DNA of 56,646 nucleotides, filler included, from Sphacelaria rigidula (Eukaryota): assembly GCA_964200075.2 (NCBI GenBank). It is 7 parts of 7 records of this genome, joined end to end, with 100 filler letters (N's around TTAATTAATTAA, not from the genome) between each part and the next. Parts side by side here need not be neighbours in the genome. Positions count along the whole stretch, not along the records: positions 32,429 to 40,434 come from CAXNAA020012671.1; positions 40,535 to 48,540 come from CAXNAA020012672.1; positions 48,641 to 56,646 come from CAXNAA020012673.1; 4 more parts are not named here. One strand, 5' to 3'. The notes below the pieces were generated by a model, which saw nothing but the letters and a program-made list of their open reading frames with translations, did no database searches and was not told the DNA's origin. Positions 36,963 to 50,000 of the stretch are shown here, piece by piece (the first letter of the stretch is position 1; each line of letters starts with the position of its first letter). The translations under genes were made by a program, and so were the position numbers.

Positions 36963-39900
36963 TCAAGACGAAGTAAAGGCTGACGTCTCGTCAGTGAGCG
37001 TGACGACTCCATCACCTTGGTACATGGGCCACTCGAATAGGAACCACGCCTTCACGAACTGCGGCAGGGGCTTGAACAGGGCTGCGAGTGGCGCAGAAGG
37101 GCACAGAGGGTGGACGAAGAGGACCAGTCAAGCAGTGTGGCATCAACGTGAGGAGGGTTGAGCGCCAAGAAGCGAAGCGGAAGGAAGTGAAATAAATATA
37201 TCAGAAGACCGATCGGGCACCGAATCCCTCCGATGCACCCTGCAGGTAAATGCAAAAAAACTCAACAGCAGCTGCTTTCATCAGTCAAAACAATTACACA
37301 AAGAAGGGGTCGCGAAGCAGTGCTCAGAATACTGGGTATGCTATCCTTCGGGGACGGTGCTTCCAAAGAGACAGGGGCAGCTGAGCTATGGCAGTCAAAG
37401 CCACCGCTGGTAAAACTATTCCGGAAAGAGGTCTAGCACCCAGGAGGTTATTTCAGTACACAGATATAGGTTATTTCAGTACACAGATATAGTCACTATT
37501 TCCACGGACAACGCTAATGCCAACAGTCATTACCGAAGTTTGATCTGCGGATGCCCTTGAGTTAATATCACGCTCAGGCTGTCAAAAGGTTGACAATAAA
37601 ATGCGCGTTGTCTATACGGCCTTGGCTACTACAATCTACAGTACGACTGCACCTGCAGGTGCTTTCACGACAGCAACCAGCAACCATGCGTTTCAATAAA
37701 AGAGGAAAATAAAAGGCGTGAGCTACTACAGGGTTGTTGATGACTGGATGATGATCGTGTTGGCGTTGATTACCGCCAACACAAACGTCGGGGAAATATG
37801 CTGTCATCGACACCAACGAGATAACTTCGCTTCCGCGGTTGGCTACTTTCATCTTTGCATACAGGAGCATACCTCATCCATCCCACATCAGGCAAGGGTA
37901 CAGCCAATGTGTTTCTTCTACCCCTACTCCCCAAATCCATCTTTCTTCCGGGACGTGCCGTCGTCATTTTGCTCGAGTTACGTTTCAGCTGATTGTTTCC
38001 GTACTGTACACTCCGCTTGGATACGATCATGTATCGGGTGACCACGGATGAGCCAACGAACGCTGGGTGGCCAATCGATCACACACCAGAAGGCATTCGG
38101 AGCATGACGCTCTCCCAAGCTTTACCTGGCGGCATGGGAATAAGGATGCTGGTTCTCTCCTTGTAGTCCCAGTAAGACTCGCTGCCTCCGTACTTTTTGT
38201 CCCAGCTAGACTCCACAGTGGGAATTCCGCTCGCGAACAGCAAAATTGCCTGGAGTACCCAGACGGAGCCCAACAAACGGGGGGGGGAATAACGCATGTT
38301 TTCCCATCATATTCGACAGTGCAATGTTACGTCAAATGGCGAAGTGACGGTTTCTCCCTATCTTCCGATCTTCGCAAGACATGATGATACCCAGACAGAG
38401 TCATACAATATCAATCTTTTGTACAATCTTACCGTCAAAAACAGGGGTCCACATATGGTGGCATATGCCCAGCTCCCCTCCCCAGCGTCGTCTGCCGCTT
38501 GGAAAACCGCGGAGCATGCAGTGAAAATGCCCCACCATTGCAACAGATCACCGAAATAATTCGGGTGGCGCGTGTAGTACCACAGTCCCGTCTCGCACAC
38601 GCCTCGGCCTCCGCTGGACTGTAAAAAATTCAAAGTTAGTTCGACAGAAGTGAAGGCAAGAGACGTGACCCTTCGCCGGTACGCTCGTTGTTGGGAAGGG
38701 ACTTTTCATTTCTTTGCGCTACGGTTTGATCGAAATTGGAGGATGATTCATGACGATCTGTACAAGGACCGATTGGTATCTCTGTCTTCTTGTTCATGTC
38801 CGTGTATGTGTGTGTCGGGGGGGGGGAGGTTACTGTTGGTTCACGCAAAGACTTGCGGACTGTGGCCAATTTCTTGCATTGCAAGAGCGCAACGATACAG
38901 TACGTCAGCACATGACCACTAGCAGCATAAAATATCTCCTTGCAAAAATATCCATGTTTTGTCAGTTTTTCTTCTTTCCCTTGGTGAGACTCGACATCTC
39001 GTCTTCCTCAGGAACAAAATCCTTTTGAACAACCCTTCTCTGTTCTTTGGTTCACACGAACATGCGACTTCCAAGACGTTGCTTGAAACGGTAACGAGTG
39101 CCTGAAATGGTCTTGGTTGTTACATCCATCGTCTTGGAAGGTATGTTTATAGGTCGACGACCAATTACACTGCGAAAATGTACCAACACGAAGTGCGTCA
39201 TTCTGCATCACATCACAACTACACGTATCCCGTTGTTTCAGGCAACAACTTCACTAGACCCGCCAACGATACCGTGAAATTCCCCTCACAACACCTGCCG
39301 CAAAAAGCTCGAGACAAACTTCGTTCTTTTCCCCGCTATGCCGCCGAGAATGAGGGAGTGATTGGATTGCCTCACAGACTTGCCTTGTAGAAATCTTTTT
39401 GGAGGTCCCCCACGAACTCAAAGAAAAATCCCACGGAGAACATGATCAGACCCGCGATGTCTCGCGCCGACCAACCCGGGTTGACTCGGGTAGAATTCAA
39501 AAACGTCAGCGGAAGGCTTACGCTCCACACCCAGATCATCTGCCCATGGATCGTGCCGCCGTCGCATGTATAAGGGAGGGGGAGGGGGAGGGGGAGGGGG
39601 GGCTGACACAAGCGCACGACAAAAAAGAGTCAATATCGAGTGCAGCAGTTTGAGATGGACGTTTCTTCCGGTCTGGTACTGTACGGTGAGGGGTATGAAA
39701 TGGCATGAATGATCCGGTAGTTCAGGGGTATCTAGAGGCAATTTTGACCTGCGTCGGTGGGTGTGGCCCTGATCGCGTTCAAAGTGGTCGGCCTACAGGA
39801 TCGAACGAGTCGGACCCTGAACTACATGACATGATGACACCACAAAAAAACAAGGACATGCGGCAAGATATGAGAATAAGTTCATGATACGGCCCGTGAT

Positions 39901-40146
39901 TCATGCGCATGCGTGTCATGAGTTCGTTTCGTCTCTTTTGGTGTGGAACATGCATGCATGCAGGAAGCCTACCGTACTCTACAGCACTTGGAACTACGCA
40001 CAGCACTGGCTGGCGGGGGCTTTGGTACTGGTAGTCTGACGCGCGCACCTGGAATATCCAGAACGCGAGGAACTTGAAGAAGTTCTCGCGTGTCTCGTCG
40101 AACCGATCGTCCTTGCCCATCTTGATCACGCGGTACAGCAGCCATC
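36963..40146 (-). CDS. DUF1295 / steroid 5-alpha-reductase-like membrane protein, 3' partial spliced gene
   Basis: Exons 40146-40049, 39539-39384, 38618-38433, 38249-38126 and 37081-36963 chain in frame. They give [21 protein letters not shown]...WVWSVSLP...[22 protein letters not shown]...SGIPTVE...[13 protein letters not shown]...LFEWPMY...*. Confidence 0.95.
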
Positions 40147-42617
40147 CTGGGGCACAGGACACAGCAATCACCATGAAAAACAGCATGATGATGAGAAAAA
40201 AAATTGAAACAACGATCGTTGGCACCGTATCGAGAAGCCGTTTGGGGTACACGAGCGCCATGGCACCCTTCTCCACGGACGGTTCTCGTGTTCACCAGTA
40301 TTTTCGGGTTTACTACCTCGAGAAGCAGTCTCGCGCTCGACAGGTTAAATCCGGACTGGTTGAGGGGGGGGCGTACTCATTTGTTGCTTGCCTTAGTCAT
40401 TTGACCATTGACCACGCATCCCTTTCGAGACGGANNNNNNNNNNNNNNNNNNNNNNNNNNNNNNNNNNNNNNNNNNNNTTAATTAATTAANNNNNNNNNN
40501 NNNNNNNNNNNNNNNNNNNNNNNNNNNNNNNNNNCCCCTGAGGCTACGAGTAAAAAGTGCGTCGTTTGTGCCCATGTGATTCATGATTTGTGATCAAAAT
40601 GATTATCCTGGTCTGCAAAAACTTCTGTGCAAACCGGATACACGTCACGTCAATCGCTGTCTGTGTCAAGTTGTGCTCAAAATACTATTTCTTTGTGCAT
40701 ATGTTGCTGTGCTGACCTCAAAAAAACACCACAACCACACCATCACCCGTTGATTCGCCATGTTTTGGGCGTGTGCTCTGGTGCCTGCGCTGGCAGCGAG
40801 GTGGTTGGTGTGGTGTGTGTTGTCGGGAGGACGGTTACACGTTACACGTCACGCCTGTTGGCCAATAGCATCTCCTATTTAAAGTCCAAACCGAGCGAAA
40901 CGTTATCATCGGACTTTGGACTGACTTCGGACTTCGGACTTCGGGAGAATTACGAAGTCCAAGTTGTGACCCGAATTTGGTCTTCGCAAACACCATCACT
41001 ACTGTACTCTCTGTGCTTGCAGAGTACAGCCTGTACTCGGACAGGGCAGGTGAACAGCACCCACATAGTTCACAGTAACACTGCTACACGCATAGAGAAC
41101 ATCCTCAGCGGGCAGGGTATACTTGTAACCTTGTACTACTGCATGTCCGAGTACAGGCTGTACTACCCCAATTTTTGGCCAAGAGCGAAACTGTCACCTA
41201 CGGAAAACGCAAAGGTGCTCTGGAACGGTCTCAGCGAGTAGAGCAAGTCATTCCAAGGTGTCAACATCCACTGAGCCCTCTATTCGGGGCAAGAACGACG
41301 GAGAGGGGTAAAAAAAGTACTTTTCAACAAGTTATATTTTTCGATACATAAGAAGTAGCCTAACAACGGAAAAGGAAAAAAGAAGAATGGAAGCGCGATG
41401 CAAAGCAGAGCAATCGTTCTTACATAGGTACATTGTTTTCACTCATGACCACGGCACCAAGCGGTGGCAAGCATTCATCGTATGTCTGGTGCTTTGCCCA
41501 CCAGGTGCACGACGCTTGCTCTCGTTTGCCGCCGCATCGTTGCATCCAACAGCGAATATGCGCGACTTCAACACGACCTGCACGGGTCTGTACTCTCCCC
41601 CGATCTATTGCCATACAATTGTGAAGGGACCTGTGTGCGCCAAAGTGCCGTGACCCTCCGCGCGGCATTCAACGCCCGTGGTTGTGCCCGTTTTAGAAAC
41701 AAAGCGTGGGTAGTTTCCCCACACTACACTGAAGCAAGCCGGATTCACGCTAAAAGCATATATCGGATAGGATGTAGGGTCAGCCATATTGATAAACTGA
41801 CTGTCGCACATGAAGTCATCCCCTAGGAACCCGGCCGTAGACCCAAGACAAGGACATACCCGAGGCAAACAGCACGGAAATGCTCGCTGAAGAAAAGTAA
41901 GGGCGCAGAGAAAGCAAAAGAGGGGACCGGAGGAGTAGCAAAATAAGATTAAATGAAAATAATTACGACACGAACCTAGAAAAAGCCAGCCCCTGGGGCA
42001 TGATTTCACGTGGAGAAGGCCTGCGCGAAAAAAAGACGCACATGCATCCATCCCCAAAACGAAAATATGTCGTTGCAGCAGATCACGGCTCAGCTATTCC
42101 GGACCAAATTATCCGTGCATGACCTCTCACCCGTGAGCGCTGTGGTAACAAGGCGCCAAACTGCCATAATACTATATTGCACTTGAAAAAGAAACAGCGA
42201 GAGATAAATAAAAACGGGAAGAAGAGAAATACTGTAGCGAACAAGCCTAAGGATAAAGTAGAGCACGGGGCATATGCAAGAGCACAAGCACTGAACACTG
42301 CAAGGCCGCAGGCCGGGGAAAAGTCGACAACCGATAGGAGAAGACAGAGGTAGACCAGTCCCGTGCTGAACCCGCTTCCCCTACACATCCCTAGTATAGT
42401 CGAGTAAAAACATACATACATTTCGAAAATGCGTTCCTAGTAGCATTCCAAAATCTGCACCTATGCTCTCCTTAATACTTGCACAGACACAAGCACGGAT
42501 TCTCGAGAAGAGAGGAAAAAAAAAAGTGGAAAGTCCTTGACTTTGCAGGAGTGCAAGTCAACTCTCCCAAGCATTGGTATTCCGCCCCGTCACTCCGTGC
42601 ACCTCTAGTCGCACGCG

Positions 42618-42802
42618 TCATTTTTGAGCCAGCGCGGGTGAGAAGTGCTCAAGGAAATCGTCCATTGTGTGGAAAGACCATTTTCCGCCCGAGTGTCCCC
42701 TCAGTACGTGCGTGTGGTACCTGCAGCGGGTTTTGGCGTCCAAGACAAGAGGGCGACAAAGACAACGAGCATACACTTGGTTTCGATAGGAGCTACAGCT
42801 GC

Positions 42803-42852
<50 letters not shown>

Positions 42853-45800
42853 GTGCGTGTGTTGTCATCTCATCTATTCTGGACGCTAGTCTACACCTTT
42901 CGGTATACGTGGGCACAGCGAGGACACAGTCGCTCTCCACTGTTGGGCAAGGTGTGAGAAAAAACCCAGATCGTGTAACTTCACCGAGATTCGAACTCAC
43001 GACCGAACCGTCAGGAGGTTTCGAGGCCACCAACTGAGCCACCGGGGCGGTCGGCATGTACACTTCAAATACGACCGCCCAAGGTTTGGAATTCTGGCGA
43101 ATGTAGACAATACTGTAATTACAACGCTCAGCACGGCTCTGCGTATACCAACTTGCCATGTGCTTCTTCAAGGCCCCGAACGTACTGCTCCGTAGGCCTA
43201 GAACAAGCGAAAGCCAGTTCACGGGTTCACGACTTAGCTCCGAAGATTCGGGAGTAAACCACGGTGCGTCGGAGTTCCATGTGATGTAACTCCGCAAACA
43301 GCGGTCGGATCCAACTTTATTTATTTGTCGCACTTTGAATTTATATTTTATATATTTATTTGTCGCACTTTGAATCCTCCCCGTCCTCGGGACGAGTCCG
43401 TGGTCTCAAGGGATTAACCCATCTCTCCCCGGTACAAGGGTACAAGTGAAACCAGATAGGGCGGAAGGATACCGTTCGGATCTCTTCATATCTCATCTGA
43501 GTAACAGGTGGAGTTTATATGACGAGAGTCGACGCAATGGGGCAGTGCCGATAGTCATGATCCAATCCGTGACACCAGAAATGTAACGCATGTACGGTGC
43601 CGGGGGAGGCATGTGCTAATCCCTTGAAAAACACGAACACGTCCCAAAGAAGGGGGGAGATCAAAAAGTATGCCGAGAAAGTAAAAGAAAAAAAGCGCCA
43701 TATTTCAAATGTAATGCGCAGGGGGGTGGGTAAACGGATTCACCGCATCACGTCAACGCAGGTGGATTTATCAGGAGTTCGACGGCCTCGCCGTAGCGAA
43801 AACATTGTATCGTCCCAAAATGCAAACGATGGTCCATGCACGCCCTTTCAATTCACCTGAATAACGACGATCGGTGTCCAATGCTCACGAACGCGTCCAC
43901 GCCAGACGTCTGTACCCACTGGTACAGTTTGGCCTCGTTCGCCTCGTCGAGAGCAGAGGTAGCTTCATCCAGGAACACCACTGTGGGGGTGTTCGTCAGC
44001 AGACGAGAAAACGCCAGCCGCTGTGGAAATACGGATACGAGCATAAAGACGAGCGATACAACAACAATATTAGTCGAAGAGTGCAAACTTGTCGGTGGTG
44101 CTAGCGCCGCGGGACTCGAGAGGGCCCAATATTTCGCCTGCTGAACGTCGTCTCAAGCATACGTGACTGAAACAAAGAACCTGTGTACCGCAGGAGCCCA
44201 GTGTAAGATTGATCGGTACTACAAAATTCACGCGAGAGTGAATCGAACCTGCTGCTCTCCCAGGCTGAGCTCGTCCTGCCAGTCTCTCGTTTGCTTCAGG
44301 CCTCCGTACCGCTTCGACAGGTATCCGAGTTGAACATTTTCAAGAATGCTCTCCAGCGCCGAGTCAGTTGCCAGGGACCAATCCTCAGACGTGGGGTACA
44401 GCATTTGAGCTTTCAACGATCCCAAGGGAAGGTAGGGTTTCTAAGTGTGATAACGGCGGGAAAATCGGATACAGGGGAAGGAGAGGGGGGGAGTCGAAAA
44501 AAACAGGGAATATTTGAAGACAAAGGCAGGCGTGCACGCAAAACCTGCAACCGGAACTTACGCAGCGGTCTGGCGCTCTCGAGGAACTTGATCGCCGGAT
44601 ACATATTTTGCACAGCACAACATAAAGAAGAGACGTGAACACGATGTTTTCATCATGGGAAAGGGTCACACTGGTATCTTCATGCGCCAAATTAACGAGT
44701 GTAACGTCAACATTTGCGAGGGACGAACAGCAACTATTCTTTGTTGGGCAATGCACATGCCAGCCAAAGCACGTGTGCCATGAAGACGAGACGGCGTATC
44801 TCCTCGATCTTCTCTACCATATACCGACAATAGGACATCCGGCGAACGGGCATGGTCATATTCACCTGCGGTATGAACATGTTCTTCTCGTCGGGTTGCC
44901 GGCGTACGGTGCCGCTGCCGCATGTCCACAGTCCAGCTAATGCCCTTGGGAAGCGCACAGAAAATGAAAGACGAAGACGAGAATCAATCGATCAACCAAA
45001 TCATCGAAGACGAGACGAAAAAAGCAACGCGAGAGCAAGACAAAATAACACGAAAGATGGACTAGGCGTGGGAAACAGCGCGTGCGACGACAAAAATATT
45101 GGAACACGAACTTCCACGACAGACCACGAAATCATCAGCACGCGAGAGCAGGCTATATGAGACGCATCTTCGGAGAATGCTGGTCTTCTCCTTGTGTGAA
45201 TATGTTGCGATGAAACGGCACCTGTGACTTACCGTAGCAGCGACGATTTCCCGCAACCAGACGGGCCAAAGATGAGCACCGACTGCCCTTGCTTCACGCT
45301 GAACGATAGCCGTCGGCAAATGACGTCCTTACCGTCTGGCGTGAAGAGAGTCATGTTCTCACTGTGGAAAATGACGCGACAACGAGGGTTGAGGGTATCA
45401 AGGGCAATATAATTCCAAGTGCGACTGAGCGTTGCCCACACGTTGCTCGCGTTCATGATGTTTTCTTTGTTTGACCTCGTGGTATTTTGAATCACTGTTG
45501 CCCTGACAAAAAAAAAAACGCACGGATTTGTCAGTTGACACATGGGCTACTATTGTGCATGAGGCGGAGTTGCATGGCGGTCACAACTGGGTCTTTCAGG
45601 AAATGCTCAAGAGTCGCGATCAGCCCCGTCAACTCTGTGGAACATGACGGTGGCATATGTCATAGCATAATCCTAGGACCGAAGCTCAAAAGAGTTTGGC
45701 GGCGCGTGCACGGCGCCAAGTTGATACGGGGTTTTAGTGGGCGCGACCCCCACATTGCCTTGAGCAGAACCTCCGAATGCTCGAGACCTCTGCCCCACAT

Positions 45801-48356
45801 GAGTGACTGTATGTCGTGAGACGGTCTAGTCGGGCCTCCGTGTAATCGGCACACGAACTCGCTTGCGGGGTAAGTGTTGGGCTAGGTTTTCTCCTTCCGT
45901 CATGGACAAATAAAAAAGCATAGCATCACCCTCATAAAACAACAGGATCTTCAACACTTACACGATGGGCACACTTACATTTCCAAAACAGCGGGAGAGT
46001 CGCCGTCTGCATCCCCGATTCGTCCCACTTTGGTCACTATCCCTTTGGTAGATGCTCGAAAACCTTCCGCAAACTTGGTAGATTTTGAAGGTTGCTCGGA
46101 GCCTGCAGGAGCCTCACCCAAGCCGTGTGATCCACCGTAATCCTCCTCCGCACTGTCATCTATGGCAAACTTCTCCACATCATCGCTCTCATCATCCGTT
46201 GGCACCGCCACGTAGTCAGAATCAACATCATCGACGGTGCTGGTCTTGGGCTTCGCCTGTGTTCGGATGTCGCAGTAACGGGAGGGCATGACCTTATGTG
46301 TACGTGGTGGAAACGCTTCGATTTCCTTCATGACATCCCGGTGGATATTTACCGGGAGACCGGTGTTGCGTAAGCGTTATTGTTCGATGCGCATGCCATT
46401 GTCTGCAGGCAAGACATTGGCCATGCAGGGCAAATACTGGAGCCTTGAAAAAAAGCGAGAGCACGAATCGGGTAGCCGTGCTGGGTAAACATCACCCCAA
46501 CACCTTTCAGCGAAGACACAACGAACAACGCCACTCAGTTGTATGTGTCGCAAGGATATCGGACTGTCAAGTTAGCCTAAAAGCGAACGCGTCGAATGCA
46601 GTATGCACACATGGCGTGCTGTGGGTGGTCGCTGATCACCTCGGTAGCGATCGCCTCCATGGTCATAAGCAGGAAGTGCAGCCGGTCCACCTCGGACGCT
46701 AGACTGGCCAGGGTCCTGAGCTGCGTCACCACCACGCTCAAGGCATTCTGGATGACACGAAACGCCATCGCGGTCTGTCGATTGAAACCACAGCACACGC
46801 GATGCGTCGGTGCAAGGTATAGTCAGTAGTGTTCACCACTTGTTCGATAAGAACCTTCCCAGAAATGTATTACTTGCTTTGAGTGTAAACACCGATATCC
46901 GGATCTTTAATGGGGCTGACAGCCCCAACTACCCCAAACGTGCGCAGAATGCGTTTTCGTCAAAATCGGCGCAGATTTGAGGTCTACCAACGCCACACTC
47001 TGCCTAGGGAACGCTTCGCACCCCCCTCGCCCGAGGGCTCTTGGTATGCCTTGGGCTGGGGTTAGGATTAGAGTTAGAGTGTGTTCGAAATAATATATTT
47101 CCGAGAGATTTCTTCATCGAGCAAATGGAACACCGCGGTAACGTGATCCAGTGCAGAGGTAACTCTTCACCCCGGATGGACCCTACACTTGTTAACTGTA
47201 AGCAAATTCGATACACAGATTACACGGACTGTTCAGCCGCGGTACAAGAAGCCTAGTAGGAGGTTATGCAGGGGCCATATCTTCCTAGTAGGGTTGTACA
47301 GTGGAGTTGTACAGTGGAGTTTGGAACGAGGGCAACACAAACGAGCACCTGGCTTTCATAGGATTTCGTCATAGATTTGGAGTTGGTACAAGGCAATATC
47401 TCACGCGAGGAATGAAAAACAGGAGAAGAACCGTGTACGGAACTTCTCGTGGGTGTGCATTCAGTAGACATGGAGGCCTCTCTACAGCGAATAGTTACGA
47501 GCTGGGCCAGCAGTAAATCCCGCATTTGCGTGTCACACCACAACTTATCAAGTTTATGAAATCAGCCCGACTTGAGTATATCGGTGTGACCTGTAGACCA
47601 ACGTGGTACCGCACGGAACCGCCGCTGAATGAAACAAAAAAAGTGAAAAAAAAAATGTACTGCAAAATGTATCACCTAACCGATGGAACAAAAAAAGGAA
47701 TCCGTCGGGGTTTGAACTCGTGACCTCCATAACTGAAGTCAGCTGTATCACTTGGATTAAAGGGGCGCAGCCGTGCCATACGAAAAGTTGGATGCTGCGC
47801 CGAATTTCTGGAACTTTTGGCCGAAATTGCAAAAGGATCTCCTCCACACAAGTACGCACAACTACATCAGGGATACCGCCGTATGTCTTTATTTTTACGG
47901 AGTTTTATAGCATTTTTTTAGTTTTTGCAGAAACTTCAAATCGCTCTAACTTTCTGTTGTTTTTTTTCCTTGGCACTCCCGGGAAGGTTGTGCGTAGTAA
48001 TGATACAAATGTTGGGTACAAATTTCAGCGCCCATCGCTTCGGATTACCCACCGCCCGACCCGGATACATTCGCAAATCACTGTCAGCTGGCCCAGCTCG
48101 TACACGCGGCAGATACAGCGGAGTAGCAGCCGGGTACCAAGGCAACTTAAACTCAGGCTGAGAGGGCCAGCAGAACTACAGTATCCCAGTACCAGCAAAA
48201 TATCACCTGCGATATGACACCAAACTCGATCTCTCCGGCGAAGTAGCGCTCGGCCACAACCAAGAACGGTAGCACGGCAGTGAGCCACATGAAGCAGTTC
48301 TGCACAACAGCGAGCTGCGCATCGCACCACAGCTTGAGATGGGTGTTGTCCACCAC
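42618..48356 (-). CDS. ABC transporter subfamily D (ABCD/YddA-like half transporter), 3' partial spliced gene with one apparent in-frame TAA
   Basis: Exons at 48356-48207, 46774-46609, ~46402-45979, 45361-45233, 44944-44866, 44440-44249, 44020-43857 and 42720-42618. Motifs: RYFAGEIEFGVISQ, Walker A GPSGCGKSS, PQKPYLPLGSL, signature LSLGEQQRLAF, Walker B VFLDEATSALD, SIGHRSSLFRYH. Confidence 0.95.
42805..43050 (-). mobile_element. tRNA-derived SINE with a (CA)n tail, in an ABCD intron
   Basis: The minus-strand head has an A box (TGGCTCAGTTGG) and a B box (GTTCGAATC) but no proper cloverleaf. It ends at the (TG)n tract 42805-42861. Confidence 0.75.
47540..47770 (-). mobile_element. Possible decayed tRNA-derived SINE
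   Basis: The minus strand reads GCCCCTTTAATCCAAGTG...GAGTTCAAACCCCG followed by T-runs, i.e. degenerate A/B boxes. Confidence 0.4.
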
Positions 48357-48469
48357 CTGAAAAACCAACATTACGATCCCCCGAGAAGCGAACACGATCA
48401 AAATCGAAATGGTGGTGTGTTATACTACGGCAAGACGGACGGTCTAGAACCCCCCTCCCCTCCCCTAAA

Positions 48470-48540
48470 AATCGTTTGATGCCTTAGACAATAGGGAGAA
48501 AACGATGGCTATACTAGGAGATAGATGGTGGCCAGAGACG
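48470..48540 (+). mobile_element. LINE-derived repeat fragment at the contig end
   Basis: Translates to FDALDNREKTMAILGDRWWPET. I recognise this from memory as a high-copy brown-algal LINE-derived peptide; it was not searched. Confidence 0.55.
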
Positions 48541-49692
48541 NNNNNNNNNNNNNNNNNNNNNNNNNNNNNNNNNNNNNNNNNNNNTTAATTAATTAANNNN
48601 NNNNNNNNNNNNNNNNNNNNNNNNNNNNNNNNNNNNNNNNAAACAGTTCGCAAGTCGGGTTGCCCACTTGAGCCTCAATTCAGAGTTGAACCTCAATTCG
48701 CACAATTTGCTGATGAATGATACATGTACATATTATTCAGGGCTGGTTCAGGCTTATCACCCAAAAAACACTCATCGGCAAAACCTCACGCCGTCTTGAG
48801 GAGTTAGGCTACTTCTTATGTGTTCAAAACATCTGTCAGAAAACGCGTTTTCTGACAGAATGTTTCTGATCACATTTTTTGATAGCCCAAAGTTATCAGA
48901 AAATCAGAATTTCCCGATTATCTCGGGCTATCAAAAAATGTTATCGAAAAACCTTTGAACCTCGTTTCAACACACCTTACAGCCCACGACAGCACCTGTG
49001 ATCGCGGACATTCAGCGTGTTGTATGATTGTCCTTTACTCGCCAGTAGCGTGGTGGCCCTTTACCCCATGAGAACAGCACAGGGCAGGGTCGATGACGAC
49101 TGTTGTACAGACAGGACAAATCAGAATTTCCCGATCATCTCGGGCTATCAAAAAATGTTATCGAAAAACCTTTGAACCTCGTTTCAACACACCTTACAGC
49201 CCACGACAGCACCTGTGATCGCGGACATTCAGCGTGTTGTATTATTGTCCTTTACTCGCCAGTAGCGTGGTGGCCCTTTACCCCATGAGAACAGCACAGG
49301 GCAGGATCGATGACGACTGTTGTACAGACCGGACAGTCTGTGCTGTATGTCGTCCGTACAATAATGTAGCTCAGTTCAGGTCTGTGCACGCAGCGTGTTG
49401 CGAACAGCACGCACCCAAGCCTTGTAGAGACAGGACCGGACTGACAGTACACACAACACTATAGGATTGGTGGTGCTACTAATGTAACACATCCAACGCA
49501 TACAACACGACAGTATTGTCTGTACTGTTGTCCGTGCTGCCCGTACAATCGAGTACTACAGTGCAGCGGACTTGCAGCTCAGTTCAGGTCTGTGCATACA
49601 GCGTGTTGCGAACAGACGCCACTTTGCACTACAGACTACCTGGGCACCCAAACCTTGTAGATATAGGATCGTACTGACAGTACACATCAGAC

Positions 49693-50000
49693 CGCCGCAC
49701 CCCGGTGGTATAATGGTCCGACTGTCGCCATTTGGGTGGAGAGAACGGGAGTTCGATTCCCGATGCGTTGGGGTTTTTCTTCGTCGTGTATGATTTCCAC
49801 CATGGAAAGCGTGAGAACGCGAGTAAACAAAGTAGTCGAGTGGGTTTGTGTGACGTGAGTTGACGCCGTGCGGGAGTGCTGACCCAATCCGTGAGACCAA
49901 AATGAAAGGCACGTGCCGGGGGAGAGATGGGTTGATTCCTTGAGACCACGGACTCATCCCGAGGAAGGGCAGCGGTTCAAAGTGTGAGAAGAAAAACAAA
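49693..50000 (+). mobile_element. Full-length tRNA-derived SINE (~310 bp) with ~18-bp target-site duplication
   Basis: A box TGGTATAATGG, B box GTTCGATTC, A-rich tail. Flanks are TGACAGTACACATCAGAC and TGACAGTACACACAAGAC. The paralogous empty site at ~27744-27761 has the motif once. Confidence 0.85.

Noticed and set aside
42975-43050. tRNA genes here and at 49695-49770
   Set aside because: A/B boxes are present but acceptor and anticodon stems do not close. Both continue into SINE bodies with a tail or TSD.
8404-48356. MATE + DUF1295 + ABCD as a transport or detoxification cluster
   Set aside because: The three genes are on different, unlinked contigs.
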